Assembly: GCA_934101345.1 (NCBI GenBank)
Contig: CAKOQV010000001.1
Location: 38,991-102,990 of the forward strand
Direction of reading: 5' to 3'
Length of the DNA: 64,000 nucleotides
DNA from: an uncultured Bacilli bacterium
GTDB lineage: Bacteria; Bacillota_I; Bacilli_A; RF39; UBA660
The notes below the pieces were generated by a model that saw nothing but the letters and a program-made list of their open reading frames with translations, was not told where the DNA came from and ran no database searches. Below are positions 36,708-45,745 of the stretch, piece by piece; the stretch's first letter is position 1, and each line of letters opens with the position of its first letter. Position numbers and translations under genes: made by a program.

Positions 36708-38069
36708 ATGATTTATGTAAAAGATATAATTGATAAATTTAATGGTAAATTATTATGTGGTGATATTAATTTAGTACTTGATAATTTTTCTCACGATACT
36801 AGAACTATTCAAGAAGGGGATGTTTATGTAGGTATTAAGGGAGAATCTTTTGATGGTAATAAGTTTTATAAAGATGCTCTTGAAAGGGGGGCTAAGGCTT
36901 GTATACTAGATAATATTGATGTTAATCATATTCCTTTGGAATATAAGGATAGAACTATTGTTTTAGTAGAGGATTCATTGAAATGTATACAGGCTCTTGC
37001 TAGATATAAAAGAAGTTTATATGATATTCCAGTAGTAGGGGTTACTGGTAGTGTAGGTAAGACCTCTACGAAGGATATGATATATGCAGTACTTAGTACT
37101 AAGTATAAGGTACTTAAAACTGAAGGTAATAACAATAATCATATTGGTCTTCCTTTTACAATACTTAGATTAAAAGATGAAGATATTATGGTCATTGAAA
37201 TGGGTATGAATAATTTTGGTGAAATATCTTTTCTTACTAATATAGCTAAACCTACAATAGCGGTAATTACTAATGTAGGTACTGCTCATATTGGTAACTT
37301 AGGTTCTAGAGAAAATATAATGAAGGCTAAATTAGAAATAATTGAAGGACTTAATGGACCACTTATTATTAATAATGATAATGATATATTACATGATAAT
37401 ATAAATTACATTAGGTCTTTAAATAAGGTTATTACTATTGGCATAAACAATGATAGTGATTATATGGCTAAGGATATTAATAGTGATTTAACTGAGTTTA
37501 AAATAGATAATAACAATATTAAATGTAATATTGGTAATACTGCTTTTATATATAATTCTTTAGTAGCTTATGTAATGGGGGTATTATGTAATGTTGATAG
37601 AGAAAATATTAAAAAAGGTATTGAGACTTTTAAACTTACTAGTAATAGATTAGAGTTTAAAAAATTAAATAATGGAGCTACTTTGATAGATGATACTTAT
37701 AACGCTTCATTAGATTCTATTAAATCTTCACTAGAGATTTTAATTAGAAGAGAAGGTAAGAGAAAGATTGCCATAATTGGTGATGTTTTAGAACTTGGTA
37801 CTTTTAGTAAGAATCTTCATGAAGAAATAGGTAAGGTATTACTTAATAGTGATTTAGACTATATTATTACTATTGGTAATGAAACTAAGTATACTGATGA
37901 ATATTTAAAAAATAATAATTATGATAATTTAAAACATTTTAATAATGAAAATGAATCTTATGGATATATAGATGATTTGCTTAAAGATGGAGATTTGGTA
38001 TTGTTTAAGGGATCACATGGTATGCATCTGTCTAATATTATTAAATATTTAATAGATAATGAAAAATAG
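36708..38069 (+). CDS. murF: UDP-N-acetylmuramoyl-tripeptide--D-alanyl-D-alanine ligase MurF
   Basis: Mur-ligase P-loop VVGVTGSVGKTSTKDMI, central and C-terminal Mur-ligase domains, about 450 aa. The ATG at 36708 follows AGGTG; the track GTG at 36699 is an alternative. Confidence 0.8.
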   Translation: MIYVKDIIDKFNGKLLCGDINLVLDNFSHDTRTIQEGDVYVGIKGESFDGNKFYKDALERGAKACILDNIDVNHIPLEYKDRTIVLVEDSLKCIQALARYKRSLYDIPVVGVTGSVGKTSTKDMIYAVLSTKYKVLKTEGNNNNHIGLPFTILRLKDEDIMVIEMGMNNFGEISFLTNIAKPTIAVITNVGTAHIGNLGSRENIMKAKLEIIEGLNGPLIINNDNDILHDNINYIRSLNKVITIGINNDSDYMAKDINSDLTEFKIDNNNIKCNIGNTAFIYNSLVAYVMGVLCNVDRENIKKGIETFKLTSNRLEFKKLNNGATLIDDTYNASLDSIKSSLEILIRREGKRKIAIIGDVLELGTFSKNLHEEIGKVLLNSDLDYIITIGNETKYTDEYLKNNNYDNLKHFNNENESYGYIDDLLKDGDLVLFKGSHGMHLSNIIKYLIDNEK

Positions 38070-38101
38070 TTATATGTAATGTATAATTATTATTTCAAAG
38101 A

Positions 38102-38132
38102 AAAATCGAAGGATTTTTTATCCTTCGATTTT
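38102..38132. terminator. Bidirectional rho-independent terminator between convergent murF and ponA
   Basis: AAAATCGAAGGA / ttttta / TCCTTCGATTTT, with A/T runs on both sides. Confidence 0.75.
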
Positions 38133-41100
38133 TACTTTTCTTGTTATCTTTTTAGTTATTTTATTATATGTAGCAGAGTAGGTTATTTCAACTTCCTTGT
38201 CAGCTTCAAGTCTATTTATTTCATCTTCTAATTCAGATTTTGATTTGTATGTGTTATTATTTAGTGTATATGTTATATCACTTAATAGAGTTACATTTTT
38301 ATCATTATATTTTACTATTATTCCTTTTTCATTGTAGTTTCCTTTAGTTACTGATAATGAACTATTACCCGATAATGAAATTTCTAATTCTTTGTCATTA
38401 TTTATACCATTAGTATTAATTGTTACTTTGGTTTCATCACTAGCATTATCTTTAAAGTTTTTATATTCTGCGCGAATAACTATATCTGTGCTACCATTTG
38501 AAGTTGGTTTGTAAGTATATTCAGTGCTTTTACTATCTATGAAGTCTATTAGTTCAAGCTTACCAGTATTTGTTTTTTGATATATACCAAATCCAAAGCC
38601 TCCAAGGGTATTGTTATTATAATTTAATCTTGCTTGAAGATAACTTGCTGATTGATTACCATAAACTGAATTACTAAAATATTTACTTAGATATGCACTA
38701 TCTAATACATCTGGAGTTTTAAAGTTCCAAGTTAATTTATAATTATTTCCTTCTTTTGTACTCTTTAGATTTGTTACTGCTGGTAACTTAGCATATCTTT
38801 GTGATACTTCAGTAGGTTGGGTGCCCTTTTTAAAGTATTCTGTTATTTTCATACTATCTGGTGTATATTCACTAGGTAGTTGAGCAGGCCATGTTTCTTT
38901 TTCTACTGTTACTGCTACTACTGAAGAAGGTATTTCCCATTTTTTAGTAGTTTTTGGTATTGTTTTTATTACATAGCTCATTAAATTATCTTTTGGAGCA
39001 CTGGCACTACTTAGGTAATGTGTACTATCTACTTCTTTGTACCCATACCATAAGGCTACTGAATATTCTGGAGTATAAGCTACTGTCCAAAGATCTGCAA
39101 CGGATCCTACTGGAATACCTTTTGCTCTACATGTTGCTTCTGGTAAGTTAGATGTACCTGTTTTAGCTGCTACTGTGGAACCATAGACTCTAGCGCCACC
39201 ACTGAATGCATGTTCAACGGCATATTGAAGTACATTATTCATTAAATATGCTGTTGAGTCTGACATTACTTTTTCTTTCTGATATTCTTTTAATTCGCTT
39301 GTTACTATAGTTTTATCAGAATTACGATATTCTATTTTAACGACGGCATGTGCTTCAATATGATATCCACCATTAGCGAAACTTGCATAGGCTTCAGCCA
39401 TATCTAGTGGTGTTACACCATTTGACATACCACCAATTGAATATGCTTCATTTAATAAATTGTCTCCACCATTATCATATTTTTTATAGTTTGTATCTTT
39501 TGCACTATAGGCAATATCTATTCCTAAAGAACTAACAAATTTTGCGATGTTCTTTTTATCTACTTGTTGGAAGGCTTTTAATGCTGGAACATTTCTTGAT
39601 ACACTAAGTGCTTGTCTCAAAGTGATTAATCCTTGATAACTACTATCCCAGTTTCCTACTGATGGGCCATTGGTATATGTCCAAGGTTCATCATTGAATA
39701 GGGTATATGTTGAAAAGTCGTTGTATTCAAAGCCTGGGCCATAATCAAATAATGGTTTAGCTGTACTTCCTGGTTGTCTATAAGCTTGAGTAGCAAAGTT
39801 AAAGCTTCTTTCGCCTTCACGATTTCTTCCTGCACCTACAGCAGCTATTGTACCATCATTAACATTTGTTACTGCTATTCCAGCTTGAATATCATCATTT
39901 ACCCAATTTTTATAAGAAGTTCCATTTAGTACATCATTGATACCATCTTGAATACCTCTATCAAGACCAGTATATATTTTCATTGGTACTAGTGCCGGAT
40001 TGTCACCAGTTAATTTTTCTACTTCATCGATTACTGTATCAACATATCCTTGATAATCAGTATCTGCTTTAGCTCCTACTAACATACTTTCTATTGATAC
40101 GGCTTGTGCCATTTTCATTTCGTCTTCAGTTATATATCCATGTCTAACCATTAATTTTAAAACGGTATTTCTTCTTTCTTCGGCTTTTTCTGGATTTCTA
40201 TATGGATTATATTTATTTGGCGCTTGATACATACCTGCAAGTAATGATGCTTCAGGAAGACTTAATTCTGATACATCTTTGCCAAAATAATATTTGCTTG
40301 CTTCTTCAACTCCATACACACTTCCGCCCAGACAACTATCATTTACATAGAATTCTAATATTTCTTCTTTAGAATATTTCTTTTCCATAAAGAATACGGA
40401 TAAGTATACGTCTTGAAATTTTCTTATTATTTTTTTGATTTTATTTGTTTCTAAGCTATCTTTTTTTGTAAGATTATTTTTTACTGTCTGCATGGTTAGA
40501 GTGGATGCACCACCGGCATCATCTCTACCAATTAAGTTAAGAGCAGTTGCTTTTAAGAATCTTGCCATATCAACACCATTATGCTGATAGTATCTGGAAT
40601 CTTCGGTAGCTACGATAGCGTCTACAAGGACTTGGGGTAATTGATCATAGGTTACTGATTCTCTTTTTTGCACTCCTAAGGTAGCAAATTCATTACCATC
40701 TTTATCATATAGTACAGTTTGATCTTGATTTACTAAGGCGTTTGGATCAAAACTTGAAGTACTAATTACAATATAAATCATAAAAGCTGCTATTGAAAAT
40801 ATACAAAAAATAGCAAATCCTAACAATATAATTAATATTTTTCTTATAACATTCTTTTTATCTTTATTTTTTCTTTCTTTTTTATTTTTTATTTTTTTAT
40901 TTTGAGGTTTAATTTTTTTCTTTTTGTCATCTTTTACTTTTCCTCTTCTACTACTTGAACTCACAAATTCAACTTCCTTTCTTTCTAATAAATTATCTTT
41001 ATTATTACCTTCTTTTTTCTTTTTTATGATACTCATTATTTTATTTGAATTAAGGTATATAATATATAATGGTGAAGTAATAATTAATATAAATAACCCT

Positions 41101-41168
41101 TTTACTTTGAAAATTATAATACTTAAAATAGTTATTATTATAAATAATATGCTAATTATTATGTTCAT
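38118..41168 (-). CDS. ponA: Class A penicillin-binding protein PBP1A (glycosyltransferase plus transpeptidase) with unusual N- and C-terminal extensions; start uncertain (41168 or internal ATG at 41036)
   Basis: GT51 motifs (EDSRYYQHNGVD; RxxxxL..G…GGSTLTMQ). Transpeptidase motifs STAKP (QPGSTAKP), SxN and KTGT (AKTGTS). Preceded by recU as in Bacilli. A poly-Lys cytoplasmic segment precedes the TM helix. About 250 aa of extra T/N-rich C-terminal sequence. Confidence 0.85.
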   Translation of the reverse strand: MNIIISILFIIITILSIIIFKVKGLFILIITSPLYIIYLNSNKIMSIIKKKKEGNNKDNLLERKEVEFVSSSSRRGKVKDDKKKKIKPQNKKIKNKKERKNKDKKNVIRKILIILLGFAIFCIFSIAAFMIYIVISTSSFDPNALVNQDQTVLYDKDGNEFATLGVQKRESVTYDQLPQVLVDAIVATEDSRYYQHNGVDMARFLKATALNLIGRDDAGGASTLTMQTVKNNLTKKDSLETNKIKKIIRKFQDVYLSVFFMEKKYSKEEILEFYVNDSCLGGSVYGVEEASKYYFGKDVSELSLPEASLLAGMYQAPNKYNPYRNPEKAEERRNTVLKLMVRHGYITEDEMKMAQAVSIESMLVGAKADTDYQGYVDTVIDEVEKLTGDNPALVPMKIYTGLDRGIQDGINDVLNGTSYKNWVNDDIQAGIAVTNVNDGTIAAVGAGRNREGERSFNFATQAYRQPGSTAKPLFDYGPGFEYNDFSTYTLFNDEPWTYTNGPSVGNWDSSYQGLITLRQALSVSRNVPALKAFQQVDKKNIAKFVSSLGIDIAYSAKDTNYKKYDNGGDNLLNEAYSIGGMSNGVTPLDMAEAYASFANGGYHIEAHAVVKIEYRNSDKTIVTSELKEYQKEKVMSDSTAYLMNNVLQYAVEHAFSGGARVYGSTVAAKTGTSNLPEATCRAKGIPVGSVADLWTVAYTPEYSVALWYGYKEVDSTHYLSSASAPKDNLMSYVIKTIPKTTKKWEIPSSVVAVTVEKETWPAQLPSEYTPDSMKITEYFKKGTQPTEVSQRYAKLPAVTNLKSTKEGNNYKLTWNFKTPDVLDSAYLSKYFSNSVYGNQSASYLQARLNYNNNTLGGFGFGIYQKTNTGKLELIDFIDSKSTEYTYKPTSNGSTDIVIRAEYKNFKDNASDETKVTINTNGINNDKELEISLSGNSSLSVTKGNYNEKGIIVKYNDKNVTLLSDITYTLNNNTYKSKSELEDEINRLEADKEVEITYSATYNKITKKITRKVKIEG

Positions 41169-41706
41169 TTATTAGTTTATCAACAATTTTAATATAATCT
41201 AATCTTGGAGTATATTTTATTCCTATTTCATAAGTATTATTTTCAAAGTAGGATAGTGGTATTGACTTTCTTTCATTATTGTTTATGTAATCTATCAAGT
41301 TTTCTCCTTTTAAAACAAAGCTTTTGTTTAAAGTAGAAAATCTTACTATTAGAAAGACAATACCATTATGTTTTATTACTTTCTTTATATATTCTATTTG
41401 ATGTTTATGAATATTATCTATTGGGAAACTAGTTTTACTTCTCGTTTCCTTAGCATCAAACTCAATATAATATCCTTTATATACGCCATTATAATCGAGA
41501 GTAGATGGACTTTCAAAAAAACCATCAGTTATTCGCATATTTTTATAATTGGTTTTTGTTATTCTAATAGGTGTAGGCTTTTTATATATTAAAGCGATAT
41601 CATAGTCTACATAGTATTTGTTTGTTTCATTTATATCATTTTCTAATGACATACCACGATTAGCAAATGTACTATTAAAGTTTGTTCTAATATTCAAAAA
41701 TATCAC
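41152..41706 (-). CDS. recU: Holliday-junction resolvase RecU
   Basis: ANRGMSLENDINETNKYY…KKPTPIRITK…DYNGVYKGYYIEFDAKET… are conserved RecU blocks. It overlaps the ponA start. Confidence 0.85.
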   Translation of the reverse strand: MIFLNIRTNFNSTFANRGMSLENDINETNKYYVDYDIALIYKKPTPIRITKTNYKNMRITDGFFESPSTLDYNGVYKGYYIEFDAKETRSKTSFPIDNIHKHQIEYIKKVIKHNGIVFLIVRFSTLNKSFVLKGENLIDYINNNERKSIPLSYFENNTYEIGIKYTPRLDYIKIVDKLINEHNN

Positions 41707-41777
41707 CTATTTAATTATACTATATATTATGGAAAAAATCTATATAACTTGAATAAATAATTTAAAATTGACATTTA

Positions 41778-41816
41778 TATAAAGAAAAAGTTATCTTGCT
41801 TTATGCAAAATAACTT
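41778..41816 (-). terminator. Rho-independent terminator for the DUF378 gene
   Basis: AAGTTAT / 15-nt loop / ATAACTT (plus-strand coordinates). On the minus strand it is followed by TTTTCTTT. Confidence 0.5.
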
Positions 41817-41836
41817 ATAAGTATTAATTTTAAATT

Positions 41837-42031
41837 TTAATCTAAATCTTTAGTAAATATACCAATACTAATAAGTCCTGATATTAATACTAGTATATAG
41901 ACAATTCTTGTAAGAAGAGTTCCATCACCAAATAGATATTCTACTAGATTGAAATTAAATATTCCTACTAGTCCCCAGTTTATACAACCTATAATACCTA
42001 ATGTTAATGCTATTTTGTATAATGTATTCAT
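41837..42031 (-). CDS. DUF378-family small membrane protein
   Basis: MNTLYKIALTLGIIGCINWGLVGIFNFNLVEYLFGDG… is the typical DUF378 sequence. A strong RBS AAAGGAGG precedes the ATG at 42031; the track start at 42088 is too long. Confidence 0.7.
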   Translation of the reverse strand: MNTLYKIALTLGIIGCINWGLVGIFNFNLVEYLFGDGTLLTRIVYILVLISGLISIGIFTKDLD

Positions 42032-42134
42032 ATAATTATCCTCCTTTTTACTCTTATTTTGTACAAAAAATGTTAATTTATTCATCATATTAGAAATTTT
42101 AATTAATATAATTGATTAGAAAGAAGGAGGACTA

Positions 42135-43247
42135 ATGAAAAAGAAAATTTTGTTTATACTACTAGTGGGAGTGTTTCTATTATCAGGATGTGGTAAGACT
42201 AGTGAAAGTAGTATTATAAAAGATTTAGAAAAGAAGATTAATAATTCTAAATCTTACTATATTGAAGGTACTTTAGAGATAGTTAATAATGAAGATTTAT
42301 ATACTTATGATGTTAAAGTATCTTATGCTAAGGGAGATAATTATAAGGTTAATTTAACTAATAAGGTTAATAATCATGAACAAATAATTCTTCGTAACTC
42401 TGATGGAGTATATGTTGTTACTCCGAGAATTAATAAGAGTTTTAAATTTCAAAGTGATTGGCCTTATAATAATTCACAAGTTTATTTACTTAAACCATTA
42501 CTTGATGATATTTTAAGTGATGAAAATAGAACATTTACTAAAGATGGTAATAATTATAAGATAGTAGTGGCTGCTAATTATCCAAATAATGAGAAATTAG
42601 TTAAACAAGAAATATTACTGGATAAAGAAGCTAATATAAAGAAAGTTACTGTTATGGATACTAATGGAACTGCTCAAATTACTATGAATTTTGATAAGAT
42701 AGATTTAAATAGTAAATTTAATGATAATTATTTTGATTTAAAAGAAATCATAGATGTTAAAGAAGAAACTCCTAATGATAATAAGACTACTGAAAATAAT
42801 ACTAATACAAATACTAACACAAATACAAATACTAACACAAATACAAATACTAACACTAACACAAATACTGATAAAGATAAGACTACTGAAACTAAACAAA
42901 CTAGTACAATAGAGGATGTTATTTATCCAATGTATTTACCTGTTAATACTTATCTTTCTAATAAGGAGAAGGTAAGTAAAGATAATGGAGAAAGATTAAT
43001 TCTTACATTTGATGGTGATAATCCATTTATGTTAATTGAAGAGACAGTTACTTATGAAAAAGAACATTTAATAGTTCCTACATATGGTGAACTTGAATTA
43101 ATGGCTTCAACTGTGGCTATAGTTAATGATAATTCAGTAAATTGGATTGATAATAATATAGAATATTATGTAGTTAGCGATAAACTATCTAAAAGTGAAT
43201 TACTTGATATAGCTAGAAGTATATCAGTATTACCAGTAAGCAAGTAA
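42135..43247 (+). CDS. Lipoprotein, LolA-like fold likely (DUF4367-type), with an internal (NT)12 low-complexity tract
   Basis: Lipobox LLSGC after signal MKKKILFILLVGVF. N-terminal domain pattern resembles LolA-like lipoproteins. RBS AAGGAGG upstream. Confidence 0.5.
   Translation: MKKKILFILLVGVFLLSGCGKTSESSIIKDLEKKINNSKSYYIEGTLEIVNNEDLYTYDVKVSYAKGDNYKVNLTNKVNNHEQIILRNSDGVYVVTPRINKSFKFQSDWPYNNSQVYLLKPLLDDILSDENRTFTKDGNNYKIVVAANYPNNEKLVKQEILLDKEANIKKVTVMDTNGTAQITMNFDKIDLNSKFNDNYFDLKEIIDVKEETPNDNKTTENNTNTNTNTNTNTNTNTNTNTNTNTDKDKTTETKQTSTIEDVIYPMYLPVNTYLSNKEKVSKDNGERLILTFDGDNPFMLIEETVTYEKEHLIVPTYGELELMASTVAIVNDNSVNWIDNNIEYYVVSDKLSKSELLDIARSISVLPVSK
42798..42869 (+). repeat. Tandem hexanucleotide repeat (AAYAYN)x12 encoding (Asn-Thr)12 inside the lipoprotein gene
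   Basis: aatactaatacaaatactaacacaaatacaaatactaacacaaatacaaatactaacactaacacaaatact. Confidence 0.8.
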
Positions 43248-43266
43248 AAAACTTGCTTTTTTTTTG
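43239..43266 (+). terminator. Rho-independent terminator
   Basis: AGCAAGT / aaaaa / ACTTGCT, then T9. Confidence 0.75.
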
Positions 43267-43301
43267 TCTATATGCTATTATCTTAATAGGAGTGTGAGAG
43301 A

Positions 43302-44027
43302 ATGGAAAAGAAAAATAAGGGATTGATTGTTTTGGTTATTATTTTAACTGTTTTGGTGTTATGTTTAGGTGGTTATATTGTTTACGATAAACTATTAGGT
43401 ACAGACAATAATGATAATGCAAATGATGTAACTGATAGTTCTGATGTAATTAATGAAACAGTAGTATTTAATGCTGGTGAGAATAAAAAATATAATAAAA
43501 ATGTTGGTAATCATATTGTTAATGCTGATGATAGAACATTAATAGTAGATAATAATATTTTATTTAAGTTAGAAGATATAAATTTTCTACATCAAGTTAC
43601 ATTTTATAAGGATATCATTATTACATTTCAAAGTGTTGGTACTAGTGGGATGATACTTATTTATGATTATGATGGTAATATTATAAAAAGTATTGATAAA
43701 TTTAAAGATAATTATGAAAGATTATTTTATACTTCATCAAGATATTCTAATACTGAATATTTTAATGTTTCTTCTGATGGTAAAATATTGTTTGTCGGTT
43801 CTAAACATTTACAATTGGCTGCTGGCACTTATTTAACAGATAATGATACTGAAATAAATTTATTAGGTGGAGATGAAGATATTAATTCTTTGTATAAAGA
43901 AAATAATATTGATGATAATAGCATTGTAAGTGGTATTTTTGAATTTTCTTATTTAGGAAATTATAGTTTTGGTGATATTAAATATGTTAGCACAAATAGT
44001 ACAATAAAAGATTTAATAAATTCTTAA
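43302..44027 (+). CDS. Membrane-anchored hypothetical protein
   Basis: N-terminal TM helix (LIVLVIILTVLVLCLGGYIVY). No motif recognised. Confidence 0.45.
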   Translation: MEKKNKGLIVLVIILTVLVLCLGGYIVYDKLLGTDNNDNANDVTDSSDVINETVVFNAGENKKYNKNVGNHIVNADDRTLIVDNNILFKLEDINFLHQVTFYKDIIITFQSVGTSGMILIYDYDGNIIKSIDKFKDNYERLFYTSSRYSNTEYFNVSSDGKILFVGSKHLQLAAGTYLTDNDTEINLLGGDEDINSLYKENNIDDNSIVSGIFEFSYLGNYSFGDIKYVSTNSTIKDLINS

Positions 44028-44032
44028 TTAAA

Positions 44033-44066
44033 AAAAGTTAGTTCGTTCAAACGAACTAACTTTTTA
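44033..44066 (+). terminator. Rho-independent terminator
   Basis: AAAAGTTAGTTCGTT / caa / ACGAACTAACTTTTT; a 15-bp stem. Confidence 0.75.
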
Positions 44067-44087
44067 ATAACCAAAAAAAGAATTCAA

Positions 44088-44145
44088 TTTAGAGACTATT
44101 ATTAATAGGCTCTAAATTGCTAGTGAAGACTTTAGGCTTCACTAG
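44088..44145. repeat. Divergent copy D of the two-hairpin intergenic element; the 17-mer is absent
   Basis: SL1 is TTTAGAG / actattattaatagg / CTCTAAA. SL2 is CTAGTGAAG / actttagg / CTTCACTAG. The loops again start ACT and end AGG as in copies A-C, with the same SL1, 3-5 nt, SL2, A-rich layout. Confidence 0.5.
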
Positions 44146-44176
44146 AATAAAATAATGTAAATTTATATCTAATATA

Positions 44177-44205
44177 TTGAAAAACTATTAATAATTAGAT
44201 ATAAT
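44177..44205 (+). promoter_or_regulatory. Near-consensus sigma-A promoter for gpmI
   Basis: TTGAAA, 17-nt spacer, TATAAT, about 25 nt before the gpmI start. Confidence 0.6.
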
Positions 44206-44230
44206 TAGGTAGGAAAATAGGTGATGATAA

Positions 44231-45745
44231 ATGAAGAAAATATTACTTTGTATTATGGATGGAGTAGGTCTTACTAAAGAAAAAAAATATAATGCTTTAT
44301 ATAATGCTAAAACTCCTAATCTAGATAAATTATGGAAGATATATCCACATAGTGAACTTGAAGCTTCAGGAACATATGTAGGACTTCCTAGAGGGCAAAT
44401 GGGTAATAGTGAAGTAGGCCATACTAATATTGGCGCAGGAAGAGTAGTATATCAGTCTTTAGAACTTATAAATAGTAAGATTAAAGACAAGAGTTTTTAT
44501 AATAATAATGAAATATTAAAAGTAATTAATCATGTTAAAGATAATAATTCTAATATTCATTTAATAGGACTTCTTTCTGATGGAGGAGTTCATTCACATA
44601 TTAATCATTTATTTGCTTTACTTGATATGATTAAAAATAATGGTGTTAAGAATGTTTATATTCATATATTTACTGATGGTAGAGATGTTAGTCCTACTAG
44701 TGGAATTAAATATATTGAGGCTTTGGAAAAGAAACTTAAAACTATTGGTATAGGTAGTATTGCCTCAATTGGTGGTAGATATTATGGTATGGATAGAGAT
44801 AATAGATTTGATAGATTAGAAAAGGCATATAATGCAATGGTTATTGGTACTGAAGTAAGAGAAGTTAAAAAGGTTTGGTATGATAGTCAAAAGAATGATG
44901 TTACTGATGAATTTATAGTACCTACGACTACTGATAGAAATGGTTTAATAAGAGATAATGATGGTATTATATTCTTTAACTTTAGGCCTGATAGATTAAG
45001 AGAACTTGGTAGTATATTTACTAATGATGATTATGAATGCTTTAAGAGAGATAAAATTAATAATTTAAAAGTTGTTACAATGATGAAGGTTACTGATACA
45101 GTACTTTGTCCTATGGCTTTTGAACATCCTGTACTTAATAATACTATTGGCGAATATATATCTAATAAAGGTCTTACACAACTTAGAATAGCAGAAACTG
45201 AGAAGTATGCGCATGTTACTTACTTTATAAATGGTGGTAGTGATGTGATATTTGAAGGTGAAAAAAGAATATTAGTACCTAGTCCTAAAGTGGCTACTTA
45301 TGATTTAGAACCTGAAATGTCTGCGAATATGATTACAGCTTCTTTAGTAAAAGAAATTACGGAAAATAAAGAAGATTTAATAATACTTAATTTTGCTAAT
45401 GGTGATATGGTAGGCCATACTGGTGATTATAATGCTGCAGTAAAAGCAGTGGAAACAGTGGATTCTTGTATTGGTAAGATACTTGATAATATATTATTAG
45501 ATGAATATACGATGATTATTACAGCAGATCATGGTAACTGTGAAGTTATGAGAAATAAAGATGGTAGTGTTAATACTAGTCATACCACTAATAAAGTACC
45601 ATTTATTATTACAGATAAGAGATTAAAATTATTAGATGGTAGTTTATGTGATATTGCTCCTAGTGTATTATTTTTAATGGGACTTGATATACCTAAGGAG
45701 ATGACTGGTAATATACTTATTAAAAATAGAAAGAAGGTTAAATAA
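44231..45745 (+). CDS. gpmI: 2,3-bisphosphoglycerate-independent phosphoglycerate mutase
   Basis: MKKILLCIMDGVGL…GQMGNSEVGHTNIGAGRVVYQSLE… and C-terminal …ITADHGN… are conserved iPGM blocks. About 504 aa. Confidence 0.9.
   Translation: MKKILLCIMDGVGLTKEKKYNALYNAKTPNLDKLWKIYPHSELEASGTYVGLPRGQMGNSEVGHTNIGAGRVVYQSLELINSKIKDKSFYNNNEILKVINHVKDNNSNIHLIGLLSDGGVHSHINHLFALLDMIKNNGVKNVYIHIFTDGRDVSPTSGIKYIEALEKKLKTIGIGSIASIGGRYYGMDRDNRFDRLEKAYNAMVIGTEVREVKKVWYDSQKNDVTDEFIVPTTTDRNGLIRDNDGIIFFNFRPDRLRELGSIFTNDDYECFKRDKINNLKVVTMMKVTDTVLCPMAFEHPVLNNTIGEYISNKGLTQLRIAETEKYAHVTYFINGGSDVIFEGEKRILVPSPKVATYDLEPEMSANMITASLVKEITENKEDLIILNFANGDMVGHTGDYNAAVKAVETVDSCIGKILDNILLDEYTMIITADHGNCEVMRNKDGSVNTSHTTNKVPFIITDKRLKLLDGSLCDIAPSVLFLMGLDIPKEMTGNILIKNRKKVK

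Noticed and set aside
41037-41168. First 44 hydrophobic codons of the ponA track ORF as a genuine extra N-terminal TM hairpin
   Set aside because: There is no RBS at 41168, the segment overlaps the recU 3' end, and I/L/F-rich translation is expected from AT-rich DNA. The start is more likely the internal ATG at 41036, but this is not provable from sequence, so the longer coordinates are reported with a note.
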